DNA of 64,000 nucleotides from Candidatus Omnitrophota bacterium (GCA_003141835.1 PLNR01000006.1:142558-206557), one strand, 5' to 3'; positions 46,215 through 57,127 are shown, numbered from the stretch's first letter. Made by a program: numbers and translations. The notes: a model not told the origin generated them from the letters alone.

Positions 46215-48773
46215 CTAATCATAACCGAATTTCTTTACGAACCAGGTTTTCACGACCTGCACCAGCAGCATATATGTCACGACCATGACAAAAAGGATCA
46301 CGAAGAATAATGGCGGTGGCGCCACGAACCCGAAGGACTTGGCCAGTGGAGACAAGGGAATTAATATGCCCATCGCGACTATGGCTATTGACGTCATAAT
46401 AAGGAACTTGCTCGGCCTGCTCTCGATGAACGGTATCTTTCCGGTGCGTATGACGTGGATGATGAGCGTCTGGGTGCAAAGAGACTCTATAAACCAGCCC
46501 GTGTGGAACAATTCCGGGTTGTTCCAGGTATTGAATACGAAAAGCATCACGCCGTAAGTCAGGAAATCATAGATAGAGCTCAGCGGGCCTATAAACACCA
46601 TGAAATTCCTTATCGACTTGATGTTCCAGGCGCGAGGTTTCACGAGGTACTCCTTGTCCACTTCGTCGGTGGGTATGGCTACCTGCGACAGGTCGTAAAG
46701 GAAGTTATTAAGCAGGATCTGTATCGGCAGCATCGGCAGGAACGGCAGGAAGATGGTACCGCCGGTCATGCTGAGCATATTCCCGAAGTTCGAGCTGGAA
46801 CCCATTTTTATATATTTTATTATATTGCCAAAAGTCTTCCTCCCTTCTACGACCCCGTCCTCGAGGACTAGAAGATTTTTTTTGAGGAGTATTATATCCG
46901 CGGATTCCTTCGCTATGTCCACGGCGTTATCCACGGAGATGCCGACGTCTGACGCCTTCAGCGCCGGCGCGTCGTTTATGCCGTCGCCGAGGTAACCTAC
47001 TATATGTTTATTCCGGTGGAGAGCCCGGATCACCCGCTCTTTCTGGAGGGGCGACATTCGCGCGAAGACGTTCGAGGTCTCGGCCGCAGCCTGGAGTTCG
47101 GCATCGGACATCTTTTCCAATTGTTCGCCTATGATAAGGCCCGTGATATTGAGGCCTACCTCATTGCATATCTTTTTCGTGACGAGCTCGTTATCGCCCG
47201 TCAGGACCTTGAACTGTATCCCCTGCTTAGTAAGCGCCTCGATAGCCTCTTTCGCGTCCGCCTTCGGAGGGTCAAGGAAAGCGACATAGCCCTTCAGGAC
47301 GAGCTCCTGCTCGTCATCCCGCGAATAGGCCTCTTTCTTTGTCTCCTCATCCTTATAGGCGATGGCGAGGACCCTGAAACCGTCGGTGCTCAGCCTGTCG
47401 TATTCTTCCCTCAGATCCGCCAAAAGCCACTGCTCCATCTCGAATATCTCGCCGTCAAGCTCATAGTGCGTGCAGCGTTTGAATATCTCTTCCGGCGCGC
47501 CTTTCGCGATAAGCGTATGCTTGCCGTCCATCCCCACAACGACCGACATGATCTTCCTCGAAAAATCGAACGGCATCTCGTCTATTTTTTTGAACTCCTT
47601 GACAGGCATCTTCTTGTACTTCAGGATGGCCTTATCGAGGAGGTTCTTAAGCCCTGTCTGGTAGTAGCTGTTAAGGTACGCGTACTTCAGGACGGTCTCG
47701 TCGTCTTTCCTGACCACGTCGCAATGCTTCTCCAGGATGATGTGGTCCATGGTCAAGGTGCCGGTCTTATCGGTGCAGATGACGTCCATGGCGCCGAAGT
47801 TCTGGATCGAGTTCAAGCGCTTTACTATGACGTCTTTCTTGGACATCGCGATAGCGCCCTTTGAAAGGTTAAGGGTGATGAGCATAGGCAGCATCTCCGG
47901 AGTCAAGCCTACCGCCACGCCGAGAGAGAAAAGGAAAGCCTCCCTGAAAGGGCGCCCGCGCAACGCGTTTATCCCGAAGATGACTATTACCATGAATATC
48001 ATCGCCCGGATCATGAGCCACGTGAAACTGTTCACGCCCTTGTCGAAGCTCGTCTCGATCCTCATGGTAGCCAGCCTGCGCGATATTTCGCCGAACTGCG
48101 TCGAGATGCCTGTCTTTACGACCACCGCCAGCGCAGTGCCGCTTACCACGCTTGAGCCCATGAACGCGATATTGCGCAATTCCGAATTAGCGGAGGATTT
48201 TGCCTGTACCGGCCCGGCGACTTTCTCTATAGGGAAAGATTCCCCTGTCAAAGAGGCCTGGTTGATAAAAAGGTCCTTGCACGAGATTATCCTTAAGTCG
48301 GCAGGGATCATGTCGCCGGCGAAAAGGTCTACGATATCGCCCGGGACGATTTCGCGGATATTTATCTCTTTCGGCCTGCCGTTCCTGTAAACGGTCGCGG
48401 TCGTGTGTACCATCTCGCTGAGTTTTTCGACGGCTTTTTCGGAACGGTGCTCCTGTATGAACGAAAGGAACACGCTAAGGACGATCATCAGGAAGACAAG
48501 GAAGGCGCTCACCGTAGAGCCGGAATAGAGGGAAAATCCGCAGATGATTATAAGGACGATCACGAGCGGGTTTACGAACTTGGAGAGGATCTGGGTAAAG
48601 ATAGTCCTCTTCTTCTTCCTGGCGGGCTCATTTAACCCGTAATACTCGAGGCGTTTTTTCGCTTCTTTCTCGGAAAGGCCCTTCTGGGAGGTTTTAAGCT
48701 TTAAAAAGACCTCCTCGATGGGGGTGCTGATATAATTAAAAGACGGGCTAGATATTTTCGGTAAGGACTTCAT
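46215..48773 (-). CDS. mgtA: Mg2+-importing P-type ATPase
   Basis: LTGES, GLTPEMLP, DKTGTLT, KGAPEE, GDGINDAP, SSNFGN, FHTGWFIES. Confidence 0.95.
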   Translation of the reverse strand: MKSLPKISSPSFNYISTPIEEVFLKLKTSQKGLSEKEAKKRLEYYGLNEPARKKKRTIFTQILSKFVNPLVIVLIIICGFSLYSGSTVSAFLVFLMIVLSVFLSFIQEHRSEKAVEKLSEMVHTTATVYRNGRPKEINIREIVPGDIVDLFAGDMIPADLRIISCKDLFINQASLTGESFPIEKVAGPVQAKSSANSELRNIAFMGSSVVSGTALAVVVKTGISTQFGEISRRLATMRIETSFDKGVNSFTWLMIRAMIFMVIVIFGINALRGRPFREAFLFSLGVAVGLTPEMLPMLITLNLSKGAIAMSKKDVIVKRLNSIQNFGAMDVICTDKTGTLTMDHIILEKHCDVVRKDDETVLKYAYLNSYYQTGLKNLLDKAILKYKKMPVKEFKKIDEMPFDFSRKIMSVVVGMDGKHTLIAKGAPEEIFKRCTHYELDGEIFEMEQWLLADLREEYDRLSTDGFRVLAIAYKDEETKKEAYSRDDEQELVLKGYVAFLDPPKADAKEAIEALTKQGIQFKVLTGDNELVTKKICNEVGLNITGLIIGEQLEKMSDAELQAAAETSNVFARMSPLQKERVIRALHRNKHIVGYLGDGINDAPALKASDVGISVDNAVDIAKESADIILLKKNLLVLEDGVVEGRKTFGNIIKYIKMGSSSNFGNMLSMTGGTIFLPFLPMLPIQILLNNFLYDLSQVAIPTDEVDKEYLVKPRAWNIKSIRNFMVFIGPLSSIYDFLTYGVMLFVFNTWNNPELFHTGWFIESLCTQTLIIHVIRTGKIPFIESRPSKFLIMTSIAIVAMGILIPLSPLAKSFGFVAPPPLFFVILFVMVVTYMLLVQVVKTWFVKKFGYD

Positions 48774-49326
48774 AAAACGCCTGCGGGTGTTTGCAGGCCG
48801 GGCATTCTTTGGGGGCTTCAGCCCCTTCGAACACGTAGCCGCAGTTTATGCAATGCCATTTGACCGGCGCCTTCTTCTTGAAGACTTCGCCATTCGCTAT
48901 GTTATTGATCAGCTTCCTGTACCTGGATTCGTGGAATTTTTCCACTTTAGAGATATTGTCGAAGGACCTTGCGACCTCCGGAAATCCCTCGTTCTCGGCT
49001 ACCCTCGAAAAATCGGAATACAACGTAGTCCACTCGAGGTTCTCCCCCGCGGCGGCAGCCTCAAGGTTCGCCTTCGTGTTATTTATCGTGCCGGCCGGAT
49101 AGGTAGCGGTTATCTCGACGTCCCCGCCCTCAAGATACTTGAAAAATACCTTGGCGTGCTCCTTCTCATTCTCCGCGGTCTCGATGAATATATTCGCTAT
49201 CTGCTCGTAACCTTCCTTCCGCGCGGCGCTTGCGAAATATGTGTACCTGTTCCTCGCCTGCGATTCACCCGCGAACGAGGCAAGCAGGTTCTTCTCGGTC
49301 TGTGTGCCCTTCAGTGATTTGCCCAT
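48748..49326 (-). CDS. rbr: Rubrerythrin
   Basis: FAGESQARNRY, EKEHAK, EKFHE, CINCGY..CPACKHP; start at MGKSLKGT. Confidence 0.93.
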   Translation of the reverse strand: MGKSLKGTQTEKNLLASFAGESQARNRYTYFASAARKEGYEQIANIFIETAENEKEHAKVFFKYLEGGDVEITATYPAGTINNTKANLEAAAAGENLEWTTLYSDFSRVAENEGFPEVARSFDNISKVEKFHESRYRKLINNIANGEVFKKKAPVKWHCINCGYVFEGAEAPKECPACKHPQAFYEVLTENI

Positions 49327-49406
49327 TTTTGATTTCCTCCTCGGTGGGATGACTATATATATACCATAAATATATATATTTATGGTGTTATACCACAAAC
49401 GGCGCG

Positions 49407-50345
49407 TTATTTCAACGGCCTAATGTCAAATACGGTTATCTCCGGCCTGACCAGGAACCTTACCCTGATGCCGAACTTCCCTTCGGTCCCTATGCCGCGG
49501 TTCACATAGAGGACCGTATTCCCGACCTTGTATTCCCCTGCTTCGTATCTCTTGCCGTATTTTGAAAGCGTGATTATGGCCCCGTAAAAAGGCAGCGCCA
49601 CCTGGCCGCCGTGCGTGTGGCCGGCAAGATACAAGTCGACATTCGAGTTCTTCACATCTTCGATGAGGTCTGGCCTATGATACAGGAATATGCTGTAATA
49701 CCCGCGCGGCACATTCTTCAACACGGGGAACCAATACATGCCATGCTCGAAGTTTACCCCCGAGATGAAAACGGTATCACCGTCCTTGTTTATCTTCTCG
49801 ATCCTGCCGTCCAGGACGCTAAAATCGGTGCCGCCGAAAAGGTCAATGCCGCGCAGGAACCAGTAATCATAATTCCCTGTCACGGCGTATTTCCCTATAC
49901 CCGCCTTCAGGCTCTTCATGGTCTTCTTAAATACGGGCAGCGCCTTCGAGGCATTTACCGTATCCCCGGTAAAAACTATGATGTCGGGTTTCAGGGCGTT
50001 GACTATCTCTACTATTTTTTTCTCGTTTATTCCTTTAGGGTCGGTATGCAAGTCCGACAGCTGGACTATGCGGAGGCTGGCGTGGGATAGTTTTGGGGTC
50101 TTTATCTCTACCGTCTTCACGTCTATCCAATGCGGTTCTATGAGGAGGCCATACAGGAAACAAAGGATGCCGGCTGCCGCAACTATGTGTACGGCTATCG
50201 CAGGCTTGGTCAGGAAACCTGAAGGGCCTTCTTTGCGCCCTAACTTATGGAGGAGCAGCTTTGATATCAGCTGCCCCTCCTTGATGTATATTGCGAGGAC
50301 AAACGCCAGAAAAACGCTGAGCGATACGAATTCCCGGATCAGCAT
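49407..50345 (-). CDS. Membrane-anchored calcineurin-like metallophosphoesterase (YkuE-like)
   Basis: SDLH, TGD, GNYD, HRPD, GHTHGGQ. Confidence 0.88.
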   Translation of the reverse strand: MLIREFVSLSVFLAFVLAIYIKEGQLISKLLLHKLGRKEGPSGFLTKPAIAVHIVAAAGILCFLYGLLIEPHWIDVKTVEIKTPKLSHASLRIVQLSDLHTDPKGINEKKIVEIVNALKPDIIVFTGDTVNASKALPVFKKTMKSLKAGIGKYAVTGNYDYWFLRGIDLFGGTDFSVLDGRIEKINKDGDTVFISGVNFEHGMYWFPVLKNVPRGYYSIFLYHRPDLIEDVKNSNVDLYLAGHTHGGQVALPFYGAIITLSKYGKRYEAGEYKVGNTVLYVNRGIGTEGKFGIRVRFLVRPEITVFDIRPLK

Positions 50346-52855
50346 TAAAGCAATTTGCCGTTTTGGAGCGTAAATGCCCCTTTGAGCTTGATATCCCTGG
50401 ACGAACTGCCTACCAGGATTTCAAATTGCCCGGGTTTCACGGCCCAGTCCTTTTTCCCGGCGTCATAAAATGCGAGGGACCTCTTATCGAGCCTGATCGT
50501 CACCCTTACCGTCTCGCCGGGCTTCACGTCGACCCTCTTGAATCCCTTGAGTTCCATCACCGGCCTCTCGACGCCGGGCGCGACTTCCCTTATATAAAGC
50601 TGGGCCACTTCGGCGCCGGCCCTCTGGCTCGTGTTCTTGAGGTCGAAAGACGCCTCGAGATCGATATTGCCGGCCTGCACCGTGCCGGGCGTTATCGTGA
50701 GGTTGCTGTATTCAAACGTGCTGTAAGAAAGGCCGTGTCCGAACGGGAAGAGGACTTTCATCCCGTGCTTGTCGAAATAACGGTAGCCGACGAAGATGCC
50801 TTCCGCATAAATCACCTTGCCGTTTTTCCCGGGATAATTCGAATACGCGGGACAATCCTCCCACTTCAGGGGGAAGGTCGTGGGCAATTTGCCCGACGGG
50901 TTATAATCACCGAGGAGCACGTCCGCGATAGCGTTGCCGCCCTCCTGCCCGGGGAACCACATCTCGATCAGCGCGGGGACTTTATCCCCCCAGTCGTTCA
51001 TGACGACAGGGGCGCCGGTATTCAGCACGACGACTGTATTTTTGTTCGCCGCAACGACCTTCTTGACGAGATCGTTCTGGTTCTCGGGAAGGCTCATGTC
51101 CTTCCTGTCGAAATTTTCCGACTCAATACGGCCGGAAAGGCCGATGAATACGATCGCGATATCGGATCTCTTAGCGACCTCGGCTGCCTGGTTTGCCAGC
51201 TCACCGGGAATGTCCCATCCCAGCTTGCAGGTTGCGTTGCCGGTATTCTCGTAAAATTCCACGCGCACGCCGTACTCTTTTCCCGCCTCAAGAGTTACCC
51301 ATGTGCTTTTAGTATCTTCACCGTGGTCCTTCCAGTTGCTTATGACTTCCTTGCCGTCTATGAAGAGGCGGGAACCGTCATCGCTCATAACGCTTAGCTC
51401 GTACGTCCCGGTCTTCGGCGGCGCAAGCTTCGCCGTCCATCTTACGGAGAAATGGTCTTTCGGGATGCCGTCTGCCGGCGACGCTTCGCCCCAGTTGAAA
51501 TTTACCTGTTTATCCACCCTCGACAGGACGGGTGAGCCCGAAAGCTGCTGGTTATTGAAATATTCCCCCAGGAAACCGTTCACTTTCTTGCCCTCAAAGA
51601 CCGTATGTGCCGCCGAAGATTCGATAGGCGTCATTTCCCCGTCAAGCTTGCAGCCTAACGCGTAATTGATCGCGACCTTATCCCCGAGCTTTTTCTTCAA
51701 GCCGTCAAGCGGGCTCACGGCATAAGCCGGCGTCACCTCTGAGCTGCCGCCGCCTCCGAACCTGTTGATGGCGGCATTCGGACCTATTACCGCGATCGAT
51801 TTGACCTTATTTATGTCTATAGGAAGGATCCCGCCGGAATTTTTAAGCAGGACTATGCCTTCCCTGGATACCTGGAGTGCGGCCTGTTTGTGTTCCGAAG
51901 TATTAAGGACGCCATGGACCGGCGCCGGATTGGCGTCAAAAAGTCCGAGCCAGAACATAGCCCTAAGGATGCGCCTTACTTTGTCGTCTATTACCGATTC
52001 CTTTACCTGGCCGTTATTAACCGCGCTCACCAGGTTCGCGTTGAAATTATCCCCTTTCGGCATCTCGAGATCGAGGCCGTAATTCGCCGCGTTGACCGTG
52101 CTGTGCGTGGCTCCCCAGTCCGAGACGACAAATCCCTTGAATCCCCATTCTTTCTTAAGGATATCGTTAAGCAGGTGGTCGTTCTCGCTCGCATGATAGC
52201 CGTTTATTTTATTATAGGAGCACATCACCGACCACGAACCGCCCTCTTTTACCGCCGCCTCGAACGCAGGGAGGTATATCTCCCTGAGCGCGCGCTCGTC
52301 GATGACCACATCTATCGTGCCGCGGTCCCATTCCTGGTTATTGCAGGCGTAGTGTTTTACCGTCGCGACGACTTTATTGTCCTGAAGGCCCTTTACATAC
52401 GCTACGGCCAGCCGGGATGATAGATAGGGATCTTCCCCAAAGCTCTCAAAATTCCTTCCGCCCATCGGGACCCTGTGGATATTCACGCACGGGCCCAGGG
52501 ACATATTATTGTCCTTCGCCTTGACTTCTTCGGCAAGCGCCGTTGACATCTTGTAGGCCGCATCCGGATCCCATGTCGCCGCCAGGCATACCGACGACGG
52601 GAAAGACGTCACCGGGCCGCTCCTGGCGACGCCGACCGGGCCGTCGCACATCTTCAATTTCGGGATACCCAGCCGCCCGATAGTATACGTCTCCATGCCG
52701 TTTCCACCGATAAGGGTCACCTTCTCACTGAGTGTCATCTTATTTATCAATTCGTCTATCTTCTTTTCCACCTGTGAATCCTCGCCGTAAAGTATCGTGC
52801 CCGAAAGCAAAAAAACCGAAACAAGGGAGACCATAAAAACAACGGGCTTATTCAT
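50345..52855 (-). CDS. Secreted GH3 beta-glucosidase with PA14 and Fn3-like domains
   Basis: DGPVG, GRNFESFGEDP, KHYACN, VSDWG; PA14 SDDGSRL; PFGHGLSY. Confidence 0.93.
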   Translation of the reverse strand: MNKPVVFMVSLVSVFLLSGTILYGEDSQVEKKIDELINKMTLSEKVTLIGGNGMETYTIGRLGIPKLKMCDGPVGVARSGPVTSFPSSVCLAATWDPDAAYKMSTALAEEVKAKDNNMSLGPCVNIHRVPMGGRNFESFGEDPYLSSRLAVAYVKGLQDNKVVATVKHYACNNQEWDRGTIDVVIDERALREIYLPAFEAAVKEGGSWSVMCSYNKINGYHASENDHLLNDILKKEWGFKGFVVSDWGATHSTVNAANYGLDLEMPKGDNFNANLVSAVNNGQVKESVIDDKVRRILRAMFWLGLFDANPAPVHGVLNTSEHKQAALQVSREGIVLLKNSGGILPIDINKVKSIAVIGPNAAINRFGGGGSSEVTPAYAVSPLDGLKKKLGDKVAINYALGCKLDGEMTPIESSAAHTVFEGKKVNGFLGEYFNNQQLSGSPVLSRVDKQVNFNWGEASPADGIPKDHFSVRWTAKLAPPKTGTYELSVMSDDGSRLFIDGKEVISNWKDHGEDTKSTWVTLEAGKEYGVRVEFYENTGNATCKLGWDIPGELANQAAEVAKRSDIAIVFIGLSGRIESENFDRKDMSLPENQNDLVKKVVAANKNTVVVLNTGAPVVMNDWGDKVPALIEMWFPGQEGGNAIADVLLGDYNPSGKLPTTFPLKWEDCPAYSNYPGKNGKVIYAEGIFVGYRYFDKHGMKVLFPFGHGLSYSTFEYSNLTITPGTVQAGNIDLEASFDLKNTSQRAGAEVAQLYIREVAPGVERPVMELKGFKRVDVKPGETVRVTIRLDKRSLAFYDAGKKDWAVKPGQFEILVGSSSRDIKLKGAFTLQNGKLL

Positions 52856-53429
52856 TTTCTTTCATTCCTTTCATCATATTGCCGATATCCGGCATGTCCA
52901 TGGAGAATTTTTTGTAATCCGACGGTACCTCGAACAGCGAGTCCGGCTGCGGCCCGGTCTTTATGTTCCTGTATTCGACGCTCCAGCTGCCGTCTAACGC
53001 AGCCGATTTAAGGGGGAGGCTCGAACCGCTCTCCACCCATTGCAGCATCTCGTTCTTGATCCCGTCTATCTCGTAAGTCACTTTATATTTGTCCGCCGTC
53101 TTCCCGTCGACCGTATCCTTGCCGAGGGGCGTGCGCTCAAGCTCGCCTTCGACCTTTTCTGCGGCGGTCGTCATTTTCTTAGGGTCAAAAGGCTGCTCCA
53201 TATACATCTTCTGGCCCGGCATAAGTATCCACACGACCTTCTTGTCCACCCTTGATATGGATATGCTCTCGGGGGCTTCCATCCTGCTCTTCTCCCCGCT
53301 GACGAAAACCCTGGCACTAAAGGTCTTGCCACCCTGGGTGGTGACTACATCAGCGGAAAAGTCCACCGCGAAGGCGGGTACGGCCAGCGAAAAAACCAGC
53401 ATGACCGCAAAACAAAAAGGAACCCTCAT
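52848..53429 (-). CDS. Secreted DUF4412/LolA-like protein
   Basis: FSAD, KSRME, LFEVPSDY. Confidence 0.75.
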   Translation of the reverse strand: MRVPFCFAVMLVFSLAVPAFAVDFSADVVTTQGGKTFSARVFVSGEKSRMEAPESISISRVDKKVVWILMPGQKMYMEQPFDPKKMTTAAEKVEGELERTPLGKDTVDGKTADKYKVTYEIDGIKNEMLQWVESGSSLPLKSAALDGSWSVEYRNIKTGPQPDSLFEVPSDYKKFSMDMPDIGNMMKGMKENE

Positions 53430-53451
53430 TATTTTTCCTCCTCATTTATAC

Positions 53452-53487
53452 AAAAGGGGCACAACATCAATTATATATTGTGCCCCT
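53452..53487 (-). terminator. Hairpin terminator after the VIT-vWA gene
   Basis: GGGGCACAA..TTGTGCCCC plus a T-run on the minus strand. Confidence 0.55.
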
Positions 53488-53512
53488 CCATTTATCCAGT
53501 AAATATTCGGTC

Positions 53513-55651
53513 CTATTCCGTTATCTTATAACACCCTCCGTCCAGGACGACGATGACGTTCTTTGCGATCGCGAAATATTTCGCGGCCTGGGGATTCTGC
53601 TTGAGCAGTTCGAAATACTTGCCGCTCAAATATTTAACCTCGGCCGTCTTCATGCTCTCCTTATATTTCGCGTCTATCCAAACGTTCCCGTTCAGGTAAA
53701 AGGTCTTGTCGCCGACATGTTTGACCGTATCGAGCGACGGCTGGGAAGCGGACATCTTTTCCTTCATGCCCTTTATGTCCACTGAGGCATATACCGCATC
53801 GGCTCCGACTTCCCGCTGCATCGAATCCTTGAACACCATACCGTTAAACTCTAATTTCTTGGCCTCTTCGCCCCTTATCCCCCACCGTCCGGAATCCTGC
53901 TCGTTCTCCAGGACGAGGAAAGACGTGTACGGCGTCATGATCCCGTGCTCCTTGCTCAGTTTTACTATCTCATCGACAAGCTCCTTATTCTCGCCCTTGA
54001 GGCGTATCTCGCTCATAAGGTAACCGATCTTGCGCGTAGCCCAGATGCGCGGGATGAAATCATTCTCGGTGCTCGCCTCCGGGAACCTGTCTTCAAATGT
54101 CATCCTCTTCTCGGAGCCGTTGACATTTCCCGTAAGGGTGATAGCGACAGCTCCGGCGCCTTCATACCTGCCGAATAATACGAGCTGCGATCCCTTGAAT
54201 ATATCGGGAAGCGCCGTTGGATACATATCCTTCACTTTGATCTTCCCGAAATCAAGCTTTATGTCCGAGAGGACCGGCTCGCTTATCTTCGAGTAGAAAG
54301 ACGAGACTTTTACCTCTATATCCTCTCCCGGGACGACGTATTCGCACACGCCGCGCTGGACTTCGGCCATCTTATCGAGAAGATGCGTGTTCACGTCGCT
54401 TCCTACCCCGAAGATGAATATCCTCGCCTTGACCCCGTTGGCATCCGCGACATTCTTGAGGATATCGTTGGGGTTCGTCGTGCCGACAGTCGGCTCCCCG
54501 TCGGTAAGGAAGACCACCATCCGCGGCCTTTTAGAGTCCCCGAACATCCTGAGGGACGTGAGAAGGGCATTATTTATGTCAGTCCCTCCCCTCGCCTGGA
54601 ACTTGCCGACAAATTCGGAAGCGCTGCTTATATTATCCTTCGTGGCGTCGACAAGGGTATCCCTGAATGTATTCACGTCTGAAGCGAAGTTCACGATATT
54701 GAACCTGTCGCCTTCGCCGAGCCTGTTGACGCAGAACCGCAGCGCCGCTTTCGCCTGGTCTATCTTATCCCCGGCCATGCTCCCCGACGTGTCGAGGACG
54801 AATATTATGTCCTTCTCTATCGCGCGCGCGTCGAGCTGGCCCGGGGAAAGCAGCATTATGAAGTAACCGTCCTCGCCGGCCTTTTCGCGGTAAGTGAGGA
54901 GGTTCAGGCCCATCTCTTTCTCGGAGACCGTATAATACATGACGAAGTCCTTGTCCGGCCTGACATTCTTCGCCTCGAAACCGCAGCTGGCAGTGAACCG
55001 GTCCAGCTTCGTATCCACTTCATGGCTGGGCGAATAGATGCTCTTTATGGCGACCTTCGAGGTGACCTTGGCAGATATCGTCACTTCCTCAAGCGGCTTG
55101 GGAGAGAACTTCTCGGTATTGAGCGGATAGACGTATTTGTATACGCCCGCGTCGTAATTAAGTGTTTGCTGGTAGACTATCTCGATGCGGGTCTCCCCGT
55201 GTTTCGGGACGGGATATACCCGCGCCTTGAACATGTTGCGCCCGGCGTATTCCAGCAGCCCCGGGTCCTTCATGCGCCTTACGATATCCTCGTATATCTG
55301 CCGCGCCTTGTCTTTATCCAGGAGTTCGCCGCTTACCCTTTTGCCGTTCATGTAAAGCGCAAAATCCTTTATCGCCGCCTCTTCCGGTATCGGGAACATA
55401 TATGTCGCCTCAAGGTCGGCGTCATAATCGTTCCTGAATACCTGGTCGATGGATGTGGTCGCTACCCCGTTATTGATATCGACCTTGACCCTGTGGTATT
55501 TGACAGGCAGGGGCTGGGGATTCACGAACCTTTCGATGCGGATACCAATGGGAGGTTCGGCTATCAATACACCGTCCGCGAATGCGGTATTCAACGCAAA
55601 AAACAGGCCTAACACTGACAACATTACCGGTAAAAACGCTTTGGTCTTCAT
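53513..55651 (-). CDS. Secreted VIT + vWA domain protein
   Basis: YMFPIP, DPGLLE; MIDAS DTSGSM..GGT..LTDG; TPYTSFLV. Confidence 0.9.
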   Translation of the reverse strand: MKTKAFLPVMLSVLGLFFALNTAFADGVLIAEPPIGIRIERFVNPQPLPVKYHRVKVDINNGVATTSIDQVFRNDYDADLEATYMFPIPEEAAIKDFALYMNGKRVSGELLDKDKARQIYEDIVRRMKDPGLLEYAGRNMFKARVYPVPKHGETRIEIVYQQTLNYDAGVYKYVYPLNTEKFSPKPLEEVTISAKVTSKVAIKSIYSPSHEVDTKLDRFTASCGFEAKNVRPDKDFVMYYTVSEKEMGLNLLTYREKAGEDGYFIMLLSPGQLDARAIEKDIIFVLDTSGSMAGDKIDQAKAALRFCVNRLGEGDRFNIVNFASDVNTFRDTLVDATKDNISSASEFVGKFQARGGTDINNALLTSLRMFGDSKRPRMVVFLTDGEPTVGTTNPNDILKNVADANGVKARIFIFGVGSDVNTHLLDKMAEVQRGVCEYVVPGEDIEVKVSSFYSKISEPVLSDIKLDFGKIKVKDMYPTALPDIFKGSQLVLFGRYEGAGAVAITLTGNVNGSEKRMTFEDRFPEASTENDFIPRIWATRKIGYLMSEIRLKGENKELVDEIVKLSKEHGIMTPYTSFLVLENEQDSGRWGIRGEEAKKLEFNGMVFKDSMQREVGADAVYASVDIKGMKEKMSASQPSLDTVKHVGDKTFYLNGNVWIDAKYKESMKTAEVKYLSGKYFELLKQNPQAAKYFAIAKNVIVVLDGGCYKITE

Positions 55652-55677
55652 GGGACCCTCCTTTCCTTTACACCAGT

Positions 55678-55705
55678 TTAGACAGGAAAGGGGGCAAAAA
55701 GTTCC
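55678..55705 (-). promoter_or_regulatory. RpoE-like ECF promoter upstream of VIT-vWA
   Basis: GGAACTT-N15-GTCTAA, directly downstream of the ECF/anti-sigma genes. Confidence 0.7.
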
Positions 55706-55711
55706 CGGATA

Positions 55712-56584
55712 TTATTTTACGGCGAGCTTGATGCGGACCCGGACGGTTTCCAGGCCCTGGGGCGCTTCTTTCAGGATAGGTTCTTGGAGGACGCCGATGC
55801 CGGCGAGCTTCCCTATAAATGCCGGGTAACCGGCCGCGGGTATCTCGGCATCGATGTATTGCGGCATGCCTGTATCTTTATTCATTTCGACATTCGTGAC
55901 CTTGCCCTGCGCCAGTTCTACCTGGTTCTTAACCTTCGAAAGGGCTTCGGTTAAATAGGGTCTCCTGGCTTGCGCCATTTCCGCTTGAGGAACTGATTTT
56001 CCCTTTTCAAGGGCCCTCTCTTCGTAGACCCTCTCTTCGGAGGCTTTTTCTTCACGCCCTCTCTCCGTAAATACATTCCCTTTTACCGCACCTACCAGGA
56101 GGGCAAGTTCTACGGGTTTGCTTTCCGCGGCCGGCGCCTGGGCAGCGATCTTATCGCTAAACTCAAGACTTGCCGAAATACGTTCTTTATTTGCATAGAC
56201 GTTTTCGGCGTCGCCCCTGCCGCCTTCCGCCTCGGCTAACTTCTTATCGGCAACCGGTTGATTCGCGAATCCGTTAAACGCCATTTCTGATTTAGGCGCA
56301 TGATCAGGTTTAGGCGCATAAGCGAGCTGTTCAGCCGGTTTCTTTATTCCGATAGTAGAGACGATCAGGATGACCGCCGCGGCCATTGCGGCGACTTCCA
56401 GCGGGACCTTGATCTTTACCGGGACGAATAAAGTCCGCATTATCTTTTCAAACGCGGAACGCCTTTCGATGCGCTCGTGCACCTTCTTAAGGAAGTCTTC
56501 GGGCGCTTTTACCTTCGGCAGGGAATTCATCTGCTTCAGGTACTCTTCTTCCGGCATCATGTTTTTCTTGTCTTCGCGTTCCAT
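55712..56584 (-). CDS. Putative membrane anti-sigma factor
   Basis: LPKVKAPEDFLKKVHERI, a single TM, immediately downstream of the ECF sigma. Confidence 0.7.
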   Translation of the reverse strand: MEREDKKNMMPEEEYLKQMNSLPKVKAPEDFLKKVHERIERRSAFEKIMRTLFVPVKIKVPLEVAAMAAAVILIVSTIGIKKPAEQLAYAPKPDHAPKSEMAFNGFANQPVADKKLAEAEGGRGDAENVYANKERISASLEFSDKIAAQAPAAESKPVELALLVGAVKGNVFTERGREEKASEERVYEERALEKGKSVPQAEMAQARRPYLTEALSKVKNQVELAQGKVTNVEMNKDTGMPQYIDAEIPAAGYPAFIGKLAGIGVLQEPILKEAPQGLETVRVRIKLAVK

Positions 56585-57127
56585 CTATACCAGCCCCTTT
56601 AATTTCTCTCTCAATTCCTGCCTCGCCCTCGCGAGTTTCGATTTCACGGTCCCGAGGTTATAACCGGTCACTTCCGATATCTCCTCATACGGCAGCCCTT
56701 CAACGTCGCGCAGCACCACGACCGACTTCTGGTCGGCCGGAAGGGAATTTATCGCGGCCTGTATAAGCTCGCCCTTCTCTTTCCTGTCCAATTCGCCGGA
56801 CGGGGACAATGACCTCCCCGCAACCTCGACCGCCCGCTCGCCGTCTTCCGTCTCTTTGGGCTCATCCAGCCGGACCATATTCCTGCTGCCGCGGTACTGC
56901 GCGGACTTGAGCCTGTTCTTGCATGTGTTCACCGCTATCCTGTATATCCAAGTCGAGACGGACGACTCGGCCCTGAAATCTTTCAAAGACCGGTAGACCT
57001 TTACGAACGTCTCCTGCGCGCAATCGTCGGCTTCACCGTGATCACCCATAAAACGGTAGCACAAATTGAAGACCTTGTCCTTATGCTTAAGGACCAGCTC
57101 GTCGAAATTTACGCTCTCTTCATCCAT
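56585..57127 (-). CDS. ECF sigma-70 factor
   Basis: DCAQETF, TWIYRIAVN, YEEISEV..GTVKSKLARAR. Confidence 0.93.
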   Translation of the reverse strand: MDEESVNFDELVLKHKDKVFNLCYRFMGDHGEADDCAQETFVKVYRSLKDFRAESSVSTWIYRIAVNTCKNRLKSAQYRGSRNMVRLDEPKETEDGERAVEVAGRSLSPSGELDRKEKGELIQAAINSLPADQKSVVVLRDVEGLPYEEISEVTGYNLGTVKSKLARARQELREKLKGLV

